This document shows positions 7,843 to 17,481 of a stretch of DNA of 32,000 bases, piece by piece. Position numbers and translations under genes: made by a program. Numbering within the stretch: the stretch's first letter is position 1; each line of letters starts with the position of its first letter. Origin of the DNA: Candidatus Kuenenia stuttgartensis. Its GTDB lineage: Bacteria > Planctomycetota > Brocadiia > Brocadiales > Brocadiaceae. A model generated the notes under the pieces. The model was not told where the DNA came from, did no database searches, and saw only the letters and a list, made by a program, of their open reading frames with translations. The DNA lies in assembly GCF_900232105.1 (NCBI RefSeq), contig NZ_LT934425.1:3180001-3212000 (forward strand). The letters run 5' to 3'.

Positions 7843-9045
7843 CTATAAATTTTTCACCGCGTTTTCTATCCTTCGGAGCGCTTCGGACAAAACAAAACGG
7901 GGACATGCAATATTCATCCTCATAAAACCCTCTCCGCCCTGCCCGAACAGATATCCCTCATCAAGGCCTACCTTCGCTTCTTTTGCCATGAAATCCCTGA
8001 GATACACCGGGTCGAACCCTAATTCCCTGCAATCAAGCCAGATCAGGTACGTGCCTTCCGGTTGTATTACCTTTATTTTTGGTATCTTTTTCTCAAAGTA
8101 ATCAAACAGGAACTCATAATTTTTGTGTAAATATACAAGAAACTGCCCCAGCCACTCATCGCCATACCTGTATGCTGCTTCCATGGCAACAAACCCGAAC
8201 ACATTAACACCCGGCAGAATTCCCTTTCTCGCCTCCTGAAATTGTTTGCGTAATCCGGCATTGGGAATGATGACAACGGAGGCTTCAAGCCCTGCAAGGT
8301 TAAACGTCTTACTGGGGGAGATACACGTTATGGAATTTTGTTCAAATTCTTCTGATAATGCAGCAAATGGCGTATGGGTAATATCGGGGAAAAGCAGCTC
8401 GCCGTGTACTTCGTCCGAAACTATTATTGCGTTATGCCGGATGACTATTTCTCCCGTTCTGATTAATTCCTCTTTAGTCCATACCCTTCCGACAGGATTA
8501 TGCGGACTGCACAGGAGCATCAATCTTATGCGATGCGGGATTGGTGGCCTTCCGTGCCTGATGGCAAAACAGGCGTCAAGTCCTTCAAGATCCATTCCAT
8601 ACCGTCCGTTCTGTAAAACAAGCTTGTTATTTACCACATGGCAGCCATTGTTCTTAATTACATTCCAGAAAGGATGATACACGGGGTCTTGGAGAATGAC
8701 TTCATCTCCAGGATGAGTGTATGCCTTTACTGCAGCATATAATGCAGGCACAATGCCCGGAGTAAAAACAATCCATTCCGGATTCACCTTCCATCCGCAG
8801 CGTTTTTGCATTCTGTAGATAACCGCATCCACTACTGATGCAGGACGGGGAAGTGAATATCCATAGATCTTGTGGTCAGCCCTTTTTTTTATGGCGTCGG
8901 TAATAGGTTTTGCTATGGGGATATCCATATCCGCAACCCACATGGGAATAACCTCCGGGCTGCCAAAAAGCGACAAAGCCCCGTCCCATTTCGCACAATC
9001 AGTATTCTTCCGCGATATAGAATGGTCAAAATCGTATTTCATCAT
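7843..9045 (-). CDS. PLP-dependent C-S lyase / class I-II aminotransferase, MalY/PatB family
   Basis: 400 aa. N-terminal YDFDHSISRKNTDCAKWDG, PLP-lysine motif SPSKTFNLAGL and HNPVGRVW, as in PatB/MalY cystathionine beta-lyases. Confidence 0.85.
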   Translation of the reverse strand: MMKYDFDHSISRKNTDCAKWDGALSLFGSPEVIPMWVADMDIPIAKPITDAIKKRADHKIYGYSLPRPASVVDAVIYRMQKRCGWKVNPEWIVFTPGIVPALYAAVKAYTHPGDEVILQDPVYHPFWNVIKNNGCHVVNNKLVLQNGRYGMDLEGLDACFAIRHGRPPIPHRIRLMLLCSPHNPVGRVWTKEELIRTGEIVIRHNAIIVSDEVHGELLFPDITHTPFAALSEEFEQNSITCISPSKTFNLAGLEASVVIIPNAGLRKQFQEARKGILPGVNVFGFVAMEAAYRYGDEWLGQFLVYLHKNYEFLFDYFEKKIPKIKVIQPEGTYLIWLDCRELGFDPVYLRDFMAKEAKVGLDEGYLFGQGGEGFMRMNIACPRFVLSEALRRIENAVKNL

Positions 9046-9104
9046 ATTTAACGCAGAAGCATTGAGTCAAAATACTTTCAAAAAATAAAAAGGAACTACA
9101 AAAA

Positions 9105-9232
9105 ATGTAACACTTGAGTTTTTTGAAAAATTCCAATAGTAACATTGTTTGCCGCACGATGTAGGAGCGAAGCATTTGCCCGTTTGGGCATGAATGCATG
9201 TATGCCAGTCATGGCAAATACTTCGCCACTAC
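9105..9232. repeat. Family-2 palindromic element, copy B (left terminus plus hairpin core)
   Basis: ATGTAACACTTGAGTTTTTTGAAAAA terminus, then the GTAGGAGCGAAGCATTTGCC...GGCAAATACTTCGCCACTAC hairpin. Ends 6 nt from the stop codon of the dehydrogenase gene (9238). Confidence 0.6.
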
Positions 9233-9237
9233 AGATA

Positions 9238-10287
9238 TTACTTCTTCTTTGACGCCCTTTTCGCAGCTATTATCTGTCGGGCAAGGTCATCGGCAACTTC
9301 AGAGGTAGGCCTCCCCTCTTGCTGTGCTGTTTCGAAAATCCGTAAAGTTGCATCGTACAATCCTGATAGTCGCTTCATTACCTGGTTTGCATCATATTGA
9401 CCAAAAATATCGCCCGAGGCATTGAGCATACCACCCGCATTAATCACATAGTCTGGTGCATAGAGTATGCCTCTGTCGCAGAGCATTTTACCATGACGCA
9501 CTTCTGCCAGTTGATTGTTGGCGGCGCCGGCTACAATGCTTGCTTTTAGTTGTGGGATAGTATCATCGTTCAGTATGCCTCCCCTGGCACACGGGGAAAA
9601 AATATCAACATCCTGTGAGTAGATTTCTTCCGGAGCAACTACCTTTGCCCCAACGTTTTCGGATACATGAGCCGCAGCTTCCGGATTCACATCGGTAATG
9701 ATGAGTTTCGCACCGGCTTCGCGCAGATTTTTACAAAGGTGCCGGCCTACATTGCCGACTCCCTGCACGGATACGGTAAGCCCATGAAGGCTGTCACGGC
9801 CAAGTTTATGTTTTACCGCCGCCCTCATGCCATGAAAACAACCAAGGGAGGTAAAGGGGGAAGGGTCGCCTGTTGTTGCTAAACCAAAGGCATAATCACA
9901 CTCCCTGGCTAACAGCTCAACATCCTTTATGCCAATGCCGATGTCTTCTGCCGTGTAGTACTGTCCGCCTAACCGTTGTACAAATCCGGCAAAGGACGCG
10001 AGGAGTTTATCATTCTTCTCCTTGAACGGGTCGCCAATGATAACTGCCTTTCCTCCGCCAAGGGGCAAATCGGCGAGTGCGTTCTTGTAAGTCATTGCAC
10101 GGGAAAGACGAAGCGCATCCAATAATGCCTCTTCCACAGAGGCATATGGCCACATTCTGCATCCTCCGGCAGCAGGCCCTAAAGTGGTGTCATGGATAGC
10201 AATAATAGCAAACAGACCAGACTCTCTGTCGTGACAAAATAAAACTTGCTCATGATTATCATATTCACTATTATCAAATACCGGCAT
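9238..10287 (-). CDS. Glu/Leu/Phe/Val dehydrogenase family enzyme (leucine dehydrogenase-like)
   Basis: 349 aa. Catalytic-lysine motif PLGGGKAVIIGDP, Rossmann motif VQGVGNVG, and a size typical of Leu/Val/Phe dehydrogenases. Confidence 0.85.
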   Translation of the reverse strand: MPVFDNSEYDNHEQVLFCHDRESGLFAIIAIHDTTLGPAAGGCRMWPYASVEEALLDALRLSRAMTYKNALADLPLGGGKAVIIGDPFKEKNDKLLASFAGFVQRLGGQYYTAEDIGIGIKDVELLARECDYAFGLATTGDPSPFTSLGCFHGMRAAVKHKLGRDSLHGLTVSVQGVGNVGRHLCKNLREAGAKLIITDVNPEAAAHVSENVGAKVVAPEEIYSQDVDIFSPCARGGILNDDTIPQLKASIVAGAANNQLAEVRHGKMLCDRGILYAPDYVINAGGMLNASGDIFGQYDANQVMKRLSGLYDATLRIFETAQQEGRPTSEVADDLARQIIAAKRASKKK

Positions 10288-10317
10288 ATAAATAGTTCTC
10301 CTCTCTTAGTACCCTGG

Positions 10318-10516
10318 CAGTAATTTCTTTTGCATTTTTTGGCAAAATATTATAATGATGAAATACGAAACACAAAATACGAAATTTCAAAATATGGGTC
10401 ACATAGGGCTTATAATACTTATATTTTTGAACATTTGAAATTTCGTATTTTTTACTTCGTGCTCGTTTGGTTTTTGTCCATGTTTTAATGCGATAAAACT
10501 AAGTAAGAATGCCAAA
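10318..10516. repeat. Family-1 intergenic palindromic element, copy 2
   Basis: Shares GCAGTAATTTCTTTT and TTTGGCAAAATATT..TAATG.TGAAATACGAAA with the other copies. Inverted AAAATACGAAATTTCAAA / TTTGAAATTTCGTATTTT. Module TTCGTATTTTTTACTTCGTGCTCGTTTGG at 10442-10470. Lies between the divergent dehydrogenase and SNF2 genes. Confidence 0.55.
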
Positions 10517-10580
10517 TGTGTTCGATATAAGTCAAGGCAAATATTATTGTGTGGATCATATTGGCGGATTGATAAAACGG

Positions 10581-10615
10581 TAGAAACGTTATACCCTGAA
10601 CGGTATAATTATACC
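10581..10615 (+). promoter_or_regulatory. Candidate sigma70-type promoter overlapped by operator-like palindromes, upstream of the SNF2 gene
   Basis: Perfect TATAAT at 10604-10609, with TAGAAA 17 bp upstream (10581-10586). The -10 box lies inside a perfect 14-bp palindrome GGTATAATTATACC (10602-10615). A third half-site TTATACC sits at 10589-10595. The start codon is 63 nt downstream of the palindrome. Confidence 0.35.
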
Positions 10616-10677
10616 TTGCATTTTAGCGTTTGAATTGGTGTATATTTTTCAATTAATTAAAAAGACAAAAGGCAGTT

Positions 10678-13600
10678 ATGAGTCAAAAGTTACCGCAGAA
10701 TTTCTCTGACATTTATGGACAACTTAATTCGATTGAGCAGTCTTTGTTACAGATTCTAGCCATTAATTATGCACCAATGACACAGGGGAATCTTTATTCA
10801 GTCGCGAGGAGGACAAAGGGGCTGCCAATTATTAATAAAGACCTTTTTAATATGCGGGATTTTAAATATGCTTTAGACAGGCTCGCAAAGTTCGACTTAA
10901 TCGGGCCTGTGGGAACAGGTGTGGTACAATGCAAATCAGTTTTGGTTGATGAGATTTTGGCTCGTATCTCGAAAAACGATTATTTCAGAGAATTAGTTGA
11001 CGCTGTGCAGTGTTGCGTGCCGGTACCGCCGTACGTCTATATCGATAGCCAGCTTATTGTCCGTGAAATTCGCATTGGGCTATATACAGGCAATGCTGAT
11101 ATTGTCGTGGAAAATCTGAATCGTAGTGCAAATTATTATGGAGAAAGATTTGATGCGAAAAAAGTGGTGGTGGACGTCTGTACCAACCCGCTTTTCCATG
11201 CAGAAATGTTTGATTCGCTGCATCCGGCCATAAAAAAAATTGTTTTTCAAAATATGGTGGATCATGCCATCATGAGCTATCGCCCGCTTTCTGAAGAGCA
11301 ATGTGCATCTTTGGCAAAGTATGGTACGGTTGATGAACGTGAATATGTAATCATAAGAAATATTTATGCGATGTATCTCATATTCCGCGGTAATCTGACG
11401 GAGGCTGAGAATATTGTTCAAAAAGACTTTGGATATATGGATTTAATGCTTGCACAGGGGTGTGTGGCATTTTTAAAAGGGGAAAACAGCAAATCTCTGG
11501 CAATATATGATCAGGCATTAAAAGCTTTCCAAAAAAAAATGATAAAGAAAATTGGGTTTTTCACACAAATATTAGGATTATTTTATTTATTTGCGCTTGC
11601 GAAATCAGGGCAGCCGGAAGACCTGCGCCTGGCAAAGGAATTACTGGCGTGGGGGACAAGGAATGAACCCGAAAATTTAACAAATATGTGCAAACGATGT
11701 ATCTACGCCGCAATTATTGCCCAAAATAATTTAATTCCCGAAGCAAAGGAAATACTTTCCGGGATTTTTTCTCACTTCCACAAGAACAGCGTATTTGCTT
11801 TATTTTATGAATTGGCGGCATACTGGATTGACGAAGATTTGGTGAAGTTACACGCGAAAACAAACAAAAGCCGTTTTGAGATCGCTAATAAGAACGGCTT
11901 TTTTCTACCCGCCCTTGTTCATGGCCGTCTTTTTTTAAAAAGTAAGAAAAACGCATTAATTCAACGAACCTGCGACCAATTGGCGGAGTCCACAGGCATT
12001 CAGGATATTACTGATAGTATTCATCGAAAAGAAGACTGGGAAAAAATGCTGAATGCGTTAATCGATTTATCTTTAAAAGAGAAAACCAACGCTTCTTCCA
12101 GGGAATGCAGGCTGGTCTGGATGGTTTCCCTGGACAAAAAATATATTCAGATAACCCCTAAAGGGCAGAGGCTCAATAAAAACGGCAAGTGGAGCGCCGG
12201 CAAAAGAGTCTCGCATAAAAACCTCCTGGAAGGACTGGATTATATGACCTCGCAAGATCGTAAAGTAGTGCAGGTTTTTATTGAAACGCCGAAATCAAAC
12301 ATGGACTACTATGGCCATTTTTACAGTGAAAATCATGAGAAAGCCCTTCTTGCACTTGTCGGACATCCATTGGTATTTCTGGAGGATTCGCCGCATATTG
12401 CCGTTGATTTGGTAAAAGGAGAGCCGGAACTTATTGTGGGACAGACAAAGCGGGGATACAGCCTGCAGTTTTCGGAAACATTTAAAGACACTGGTATTGA
12501 AGTCGTTAAAGAATCGCCGACACGGTATAAGATTGTTGAGATAAAGGATGAACATGTACGGATAGCAAAGTTTATGGGTAAGCGGCAAATTTCGATTCCC
12601 GCTAAGGCAAAAGAAGATTTGATAAAGGCAGTGAGCGGAATTTCCTCCCTTATAACCGTTCACTCTTTCATTGAAGGTGCGGATGAAACTATTCCAACAA
12701 TCGAGGCAAGTGCAAATACATATATCCACTTACTTCCGGTGGGGCATGGTTTTAAACTTGAAATATTTGTAAAGCCGTTTGTAACCTCCCCACCTTATTT
12801 TAACCCGGGTGCCGGGGGGAAACACGTTTTTACAGAAATCAACCAACAGCGTGTGCAAAGCAGCCGTGATCTTTCACTTGAGAAGGTCAATGCGGAAAAT
12901 ATAATAAATGCGTGTCCGTCGCTGCAGCAATCAGGCAATACCCAATGGGCATGGCTTTTTAATAACAACGAAGATTGTTTGCAGATTTTGTCAGAACTGT
13001 ATGAGGTTAAAGACAGGGTTACAGTGGAGTGGCCGGAAGGAGAAAAATTAAAAATACTGGCTGTCGCCTCATTTCCGCAGTTTAGTATGAATATCAGCCA
13101 TGAAAATGACTGGTTTTCCGCTTCAGGAGAATTAAAAATTGACGACGATTTAATCATTAAAATGAGTGATTTGCTGGACTTGCTCGATAATGGCTCCACC
13201 CGGTTTATTCAATTGAAGGATGGCCAATTTCTGGCGCTTGCAGAACAATTTCGCAAACGCCTTGAAGAAATGAATGCTTTTGCAGAGAGAGGCAAAGACG
13301 AAATAAGATTCCACCCCTTAGCCACAGTGGCTCTGGAAGATACACTGGAAGAAATCAAACAATTGAAGGTTGATAAAGCGTGGAACGATAACATTGCCCG
13401 TTTAAAAAAAGTACGGGAGAGAATTCCTGCAGTGCCTACCACCCTGCAGGCGGATTTACGAAATTATCAGGTGGAAGGATTTCAATGGTTGTCACGCCTG
13501 TCTGACTGGCGGGTAGGCGCATGCCTTTCAGATGATATGGGGTTGGGTAAAACCATTCAAGCCTTAACGGTAATCCTTGAACATGCAAAGGAAGGTCCGT

Positions 13601-14829
13601 CGCTGGTTATTGCCCCGGCCTCCGTTTGTATGAACTGGATATCTGAGGCCAGCCGGTTTGCCCCTACGCTTAACGTATCTATTTTCGGGGAAGAAAAAGA
13701 CAGAAAAGAGGCCATTAAAAAACAGGGGCCTTTTGACCTGCTTGTTTGCAGCTATGGCTTGCTGCAACAGGAAGAAAAAATACTCGCCGACAAAAAGTGG
13801 ACGATTATCATACTGGATGAAGCCCAGGCGATAAAGAACTCCAATACCAAGCGGTCAAAGGCGGCGATGGCGCTGAAAGGGGATTTTAAAATTATTACTA
13901 CCGGTACGCCAATTGAAAACCATCTGGGAGAACTGTGGAATCTGTTTCAATTTATTAATCCAGGTCTGCTGGGAAGCATAAAAAGATTCAACGAAAAATA
14001 TGCAATTCCCATAGAACGGGACAAAAGTCACCAGGCAAGACTGCGGTTAAAGAAACTTATCCAACCGTTCATTTTAAGGAGAACAAAGGCACAGGTATTG
14101 GAAGAACTTCCGCCTAAAACGGAAATCACCCTTTCGGTGGAGATGACGCCTGAAGAATCCGCCTTCTATGAAGCATTGCGGCAAAAAGCAATAGACAACA
14201 TCGAATCTTTTGATTTCGGAAAAGGAGAAGGATATTTGCGGGTATTGGCGGAAATCATGAAACTTCGCCGCGCATGCTGCCATTCCAGGCTTGTTGTTCC
14301 CGGCCATTCTTTAGAAAGCTCAAAAATCAGATTGTTTGGAGAGGTTGTACAGGAACTTATGGAAAACAATCACAAGGCGTTGGTATTCAGCCAGTTTGTT
14401 GATTATTTGGCGATTATCAGAGAATATGTGGAAGGCCTTAATATTTCTTATCAATACCTAGACGGCAGCACGCCGATGAAAGAACGCAAAAGAAGTGTAG
14501 ATGCGTTTCAGTCGGGAGAAGGAGAATTATTCCTGATTAGCCTAAAGGCCGGAGGGCTTGGTCTGAATCTGACGGCTGCTGATTATGTGATTCATATGGA
14601 TCCGTGGTGGAACCCGGCAGTGGAAGATCAGGCGTCAGACCGGGCGCACCGGATAGGGCAAAAGCGCCCGGTTACGATTTACCGTCTGGTAACAAAGGGA
14701 ACTATAGAAGAAAAAATAGTCAACCTTCATCAGCACAAACGGGAATTGGCCGACAGCCTTCTCGAAGGAAGCGATATGAGCGGCAAAATTACTACGGAAC
14801 AATTATTACAACTGATTCACGGGCAGTAA
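10678..14829 (+). CDS. SNF2/RAD54-family helicase with ~920-aa N-terminal extension
   Basis: 1383 aa. C-terminal SNF2_N and Helicase_C motifs (LRNYQVEGFQWL, DDMGLGKT, ILDEAQAIKN, TGTPIENHL, DPWWNPAVEDQASDRAHRIGQ). The N-terminal region is helical/TPR-like and has no motif I can assign. Confidence 0.85.
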   Translation: MSQKLPQNFSDIYGQLNSIEQSLLQILAINYAPMTQGNLYSVARRTKGLPIINKDLFNMRDFKYALDRLAKFDLIGPVGTGVVQCKSVLVDEILARISKNDYFRELVDAVQCCVPVPPYVYIDSQLIVREIRIGLYTGNADIVVENLNRSANYYGERFDAKKVVVDVCTNPLFHAEMFDSLHPAIKKIVFQNMVDHAIMSYRPLSEEQCASLAKYGTVDEREYVIIRNIYAMYLIFRGNLTEAENIVQKDFGYMDLMLAQGCVAFLKGENSKSLAIYDQALKAFQKKMIKKIGFFTQILGLFYLFALAKSGQPEDLRLAKELLAWGTRNEPENLTNMCKRCIYAAIIAQNNLIPEAKEILSGIFSHFHKNSVFALFYELAAYWIDEDLVKLHAKTNKSRFEIANKNGFFLPALVHGRLFLKSKKNALIQRTCDQLAESTGIQDITDSIHRKEDWEKMLNALIDLSLKEKTNASSRECRLVWMVSLDKKYIQITPKGQRLNKNGKWSAGKRVSHKNLLEGLDYMTSQDRKVVQVFIETPKSNMDYYGHFYSENHEKALLALVGHPLVFLEDSPHIAVDLVKGEPELIVGQTKRGYSLQFSETFKDTGIEVVKESPTRYKIVEIKDEHVRIAKFMGKRQISIPAKAKEDLIKAVSGISSLITVHSFIEGADETIPTIEASANTYIHLLPVGHGFKLEIFVKPFVTSPPYFNPGAGGKHVFTEINQQRVQSSRDLSLEKVNAENIINACPSLQQSGNTQWAWLFNNNEDCLQILSELYEVKDRVTVEWPEGEKLKILAVASFPQFSMNISHENDWFSASGELKIDDDLIIKMSDLLDLLDNGSTRFIQLKDGQFLALAEQFRKRLEEMNAFAERGKDEIRFHPLATVALEDTLEEIKQLKVDKAWNDNIARLKKVRERIPAVPTTLQADLRNYQVEGFQWLSRLSDWRVGACLSDDMGLGKTIQALTVILEHAKEGPSLVIAPASVCMNWISEASRFAPTLNVSIFGEEKDRKEAIKKQGPFDLLVCSYGLLQQEEKILADKKWTIIILDEAQAIKNSNTKRSKAAMALKGDFKIITTGTPIENHLGELWNLFQFINPGLLGSIKRFNEKYAIPIERDKSHQARLRLKKLIQPFILRRTKAQVLEELPPKTEITLSVEMTPEESAFYEALRQKAIDNIESFDFGKGEGYLRVLAEIMKLRRACCHSRLVVPGHSLESSKIRLFGEVVQELMENNHKALVFSQFVDYLAIIREYVEGLNISYQYLDGSTPMKERKRSVDAFQSGEGELFLISLKAGGLGLNLTAADYVIHMDPWWNPAVEDQASDRAHRIGQKRPVTIYRLVTKGTIEEKIVNLHQHKRELADSLLEGSDMSGKITTEQLLQLIHGQ

Positions 14830-14843
14830 GTGTATTGAATAGT

Positions 14844-14982
14844 GTAGGGGCGAAGCATTTGTTATAAACGGTCGTTGCTTGTTCCTTACCTGATATCTCA
14901 GCCCACTAAATTCTCATGTAGTGCGACGAGTTTCGTCGTACTACAAATGACAATTTCCAGTTTCGAAAGGTTAAAGTGTTAC
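14844..14982. repeat. Family-2 palindromic element, copy C (degenerate)
   Basis: GTAGGGGCGAAGCATTTG half-core, a second GTAG..CTAC hairpin (GTAGTGCGACG-AGTTT-CGTCGTACTAC), and a terminus-like GGTTAAAGTGTTAC. Lies between the stop codons of the convergent SNF2 and recQ genes. Confidence 0.5.
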
Positions 14983-15003
14983 CAACTTATTGAGAAGTTA
15001 CTA

Positions 15004-17160
15004 TCAATCCCCTTTTTCCATAGAATATCGTATCTTTGCCCTGACTAATTTTATTTCATCGTAGGAATACTCTTCTCCTAATTTTTCTTTAACAGGGGTT
15101 AACGCCTCCATACCCAGTTCTCCCAGCACCGTGCGGATTCGTTGCTGTTTTGCCGGAGCAACAAATTTATCTATGGAGACATCTTCTCCCGCGATTATAA
15201 GCGTTTCAAGATGAGTGGCGATTGTAGATGTTGCAAGGCCTCTTTTCCCGGCTATTTCCCGAAGCGAAAGATTGTTTTTATAGAGTTCCAGCGTTGTGTA
15301 AACAGTGGGAGATTTCATTTGTTTCCTCAAGGTTGCCTGCCGTCTGGAGTTCGCCTCTTTTGGCGTTATCTGGTGTTGTCTGCAATAATTGCATATTTCT
15401 TTTAAGAAAAGGTCTCCGTATTTTCTTAATTTCAGTTCACCCATACCGCTGATTTTTTTTAAATCAGAAGCTGTTTGTGGATACCGCATCGACATTTCCT
15501 TTAAACTTGTGTCATGGAAAATAACATAAGGAGGCATAGACTCCTGGTCTGCAAGCGTTTTTCTTAGCGTCCTCAAACGTTCAAACAACGCCAGATCATA
15601 ATTCTTATCTTCTCCGGACACGGCCAACGAAGCGGTTTCCTCTGGTTTTACCAAAAGAACCTTCTTCTTGCCTTGCAATACCTCACGGCTCTGGCTGGTC
15701 AGTTTTAAGACGGGGTATCTGTCGCCTTCCTGCGCCAGATACCCCAACTGGATCAATTCACGGGAAAATGTTAGCCATTGGGATTTTGAATATTCCTTTC
15801 CTATGCCAAACGTTGTAAGAGCTGTATGGCTATTTTGCAGTATTTTCTGGTTTTGCGAGCCTAGCAGGACGTCGATAACGTGATGCATGCCAAAAGATTC
15901 ACCCACTCTATAGACACACGACAACAGTTTTTGCGCAGCAACTGTTCCGTCAAATTGTTCCTTTGGGTTAAGACAGGTATCACAATTTTCACAATTGTGC
16001 GTAGTAAATTTTTCTCCGAAATAATCGAGCAATATCTTTCTCCGGCAAACGTTGCCTTCGCAATATGACACGAGCGCCTTTAATTGTTGATATGCCGCCT
16101 GTTTTTCGTTTTCATCCTCCTTTTGATGTATAAAATATTCTATCTTAATCTTATCTGCATAACTGAAGAGAAGGATGCAGTCGCTTTTTAGCCCGTCTCT
16201 GCCGGCGCGTCCTGTTTCCTGATAATATCCTTCAATGCTTTTCGGCAAATCATAGTGAATCACGTAACGTACATTCGGTTTATCGATGCCCATGCCAAAC
16301 GCAATGGTTGCTACAATAATCTCTATGTCTTCACGAATAAAACGCTCCTGATTTTCTGTTCTCATTTCAGCGGACAATCCGGCGTGGTAGGGAAGGGCGC
16401 GATACCCTTCTCCCTGTAAACTCCCTGCCAGGCTTTCAACTGTTTTACGTCCCTGACAATAGATGATGCCCGACTCCTTCTTTCGTTCTTTTAAAACACA
16501 AAGAATCTGGTGGTATGGATTGTCTTTGGGTATGATCTGATAAAAAAGGTTTTTTCTGTTGAAGCTGGCATTAAAGACTTTGTAGTCGGTCAATTTTAAT
16601 TGCGTTACAATATCTTTCTGCACGGAAGGCGTGGCGGTGGCCGTCAATGCCATGAACGGCGTCTTTGGGAATTTCTCCCTCAACATCTTTAATTGGCGGT
16701 ATTCCGGCCTGAAGTCATGTCCCCATTCAGAAATACAATGCGATTCGTCTATTGCGAAAAGGGAAACTTTCAATTCCTGCAGGAACTGAAGGAATTCACG
16801 CATGGCAAGCCTTTCGGGGGCGATATAAAGAATCTTGATTTTACCCTCCAAAAGGTCCCTTTTTCTTGCCGCAACCTCGCGGGCATGCACGGAGCTGTTA
16901 ATGAATGTTGCGGAAATGCCGTTTTCCGTTAATCCATCCACCTGATCTTTCATCAAGGCAATTAAAGGAGATATAACAACCGTTATTCCATCGAAAAGCA
17001 GTGCGGGCAATTGATAACACAAAGACTTGCCGCCCCCTGTAGGCATGAGGACAAAGAGGTCTTTTTGCTCCAGCACCCACCGGATAATATCTTCCTGAAG
17101 CGGATAGAACTTTGAATAGCCAAAATATTTTTGTAACGCCGAATAAATACGGTCTTTCAT
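15004..17160 (-). CDS. recQ: ATP-dependent DNA helicase RecQ (with C-terminal HRDC plus an extra HTH-like domain)
   Basis: MKDRIYSALQKYFGYSKFYPLQEDII start. Motifs PTGGGKSLCYQLPA, DESHCISEWGHDFRPEY and the RQC zinc motif CRRK..C..CD.C. The ORF-track extension to 17322 translates the family-1 repeat, so I place the start at ATG 17158-17160. Confidence 0.9.
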   Translation of the reverse strand: MKDRIYSALQKYFGYSKFYPLQEDIIRWVLEQKDLFVLMPTGGGKSLCYQLPALLFDGITVVISPLIALMKDQVDGLTENGISATFINSSVHAREVAARKRDLLEGKIKILYIAPERLAMREFLQFLQELKVSLFAIDESHCISEWGHDFRPEYRQLKMLREKFPKTPFMALTATATPSVQKDIVTQLKLTDYKVFNASFNRKNLFYQIIPKDNPYHQILCVLKERKKESGIIYCQGRKTVESLAGSLQGEGYRALPYHAGLSAEMRTENQERFIREDIEIIVATIAFGMGIDKPNVRYVIHYDLPKSIEGYYQETGRAGRDGLKSDCILLFSYADKIKIEYFIHQKEDENEKQAAYQQLKALVSYCEGNVCRRKILLDYFGEKFTTHNCENCDTCLNPKEQFDGTVAAQKLLSCVYRVGESFGMHHVIDVLLGSQNQKILQNSHTALTTFGIGKEYSKSQWLTFSRELIQLGYLAQEGDRYPVLKLTSQSREVLQGKKKVLLVKPEETASLAVSGEDKNYDLALFERLRTLRKTLADQESMPPYVIFHDTSLKEMSMRYPQTASDLKKISGMGELKLRKYGDLFLKEICNYCRQHQITPKEANSRRQATLRKQMKSPTVYTTLELYKNNLSLREIAGKRGLATSTIATHLETLIIAGEDVSIDKFVAPAKQQRIRTVLGELGMEALTPVKEKLGEEYSYDEIKLVRAKIRYSMEKGD

Positions 17161-17179
17161 TTTATCAATACATCCTAAA

Positions 17180-17301
17180 CTGGCATAGCCAGAACTAAAC
17201 AAGCACGAGATAAAAAATACGAAATTCGAAGTACGAAATACGAAACAAATTCGAATAACAAAGCATAAAATCCAAAACATACAACAAAAAGAAATTACTG
17301 C
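17180..17301. repeat. Family-1 intergenic element, copy 3 (reverse orientation)
   Basis: The reverse complement of 17180-17223 matches the 44-bp module of copy 1 at 41/44 positions. Tandem TACGAAA motifs at 17215-17255. GCAGTAATTTCTTTTT end shared with copy 2. The module ends 19 nt upstream of the recQ ATG. Confidence 0.6.
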
Positions 17302-17481
17302 TAAGGCACTAATCAATTGCAAGATGAATCTTTATGGCGTTTTCCACCTTCGAGTCCATCACCAAGAGTGTCTTCCCATTCCTTGTATAATTCATAATCT
17401 TCATTAACTGCCTCTTTATATGCAGCCTCTAATTTATTTCGGAGCCTTTTCTTCATGCAATTTCTTTTTCTCTCCAACGCA

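Noticed and set aside
14604-14867. 87-aa ORF overlapping the 3' end of the SNF2 gene and ending in VGAKHLL
   Set aside because: It is an alternative frame of the SNF2 C-terminus that runs into family-2 repeat copy C. The VGAKHL ending is the translation of GTAGGGGCGAAGCATTTG.
10678-17160. SNF2 helicase plus RecQ as a possible DISARM/other helicase-based defence locus
   Set aside because: The genes are convergent rather than in one operon. No methylase, nuclease, DUF1998, PLD or other partner genes are present. RecQ looks like the housekeeping enzyme.
17161-17322. 54-codon N-terminal extension of the recQ ORF
   Set aside because: It translates family-1 repeat copy 3 (FVFFISCLFSSGYASLG, the same pseudo-peptide as in copy 1). 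The conserved RecQ N-terminus begins at Met55 (ATG 17158-17160).
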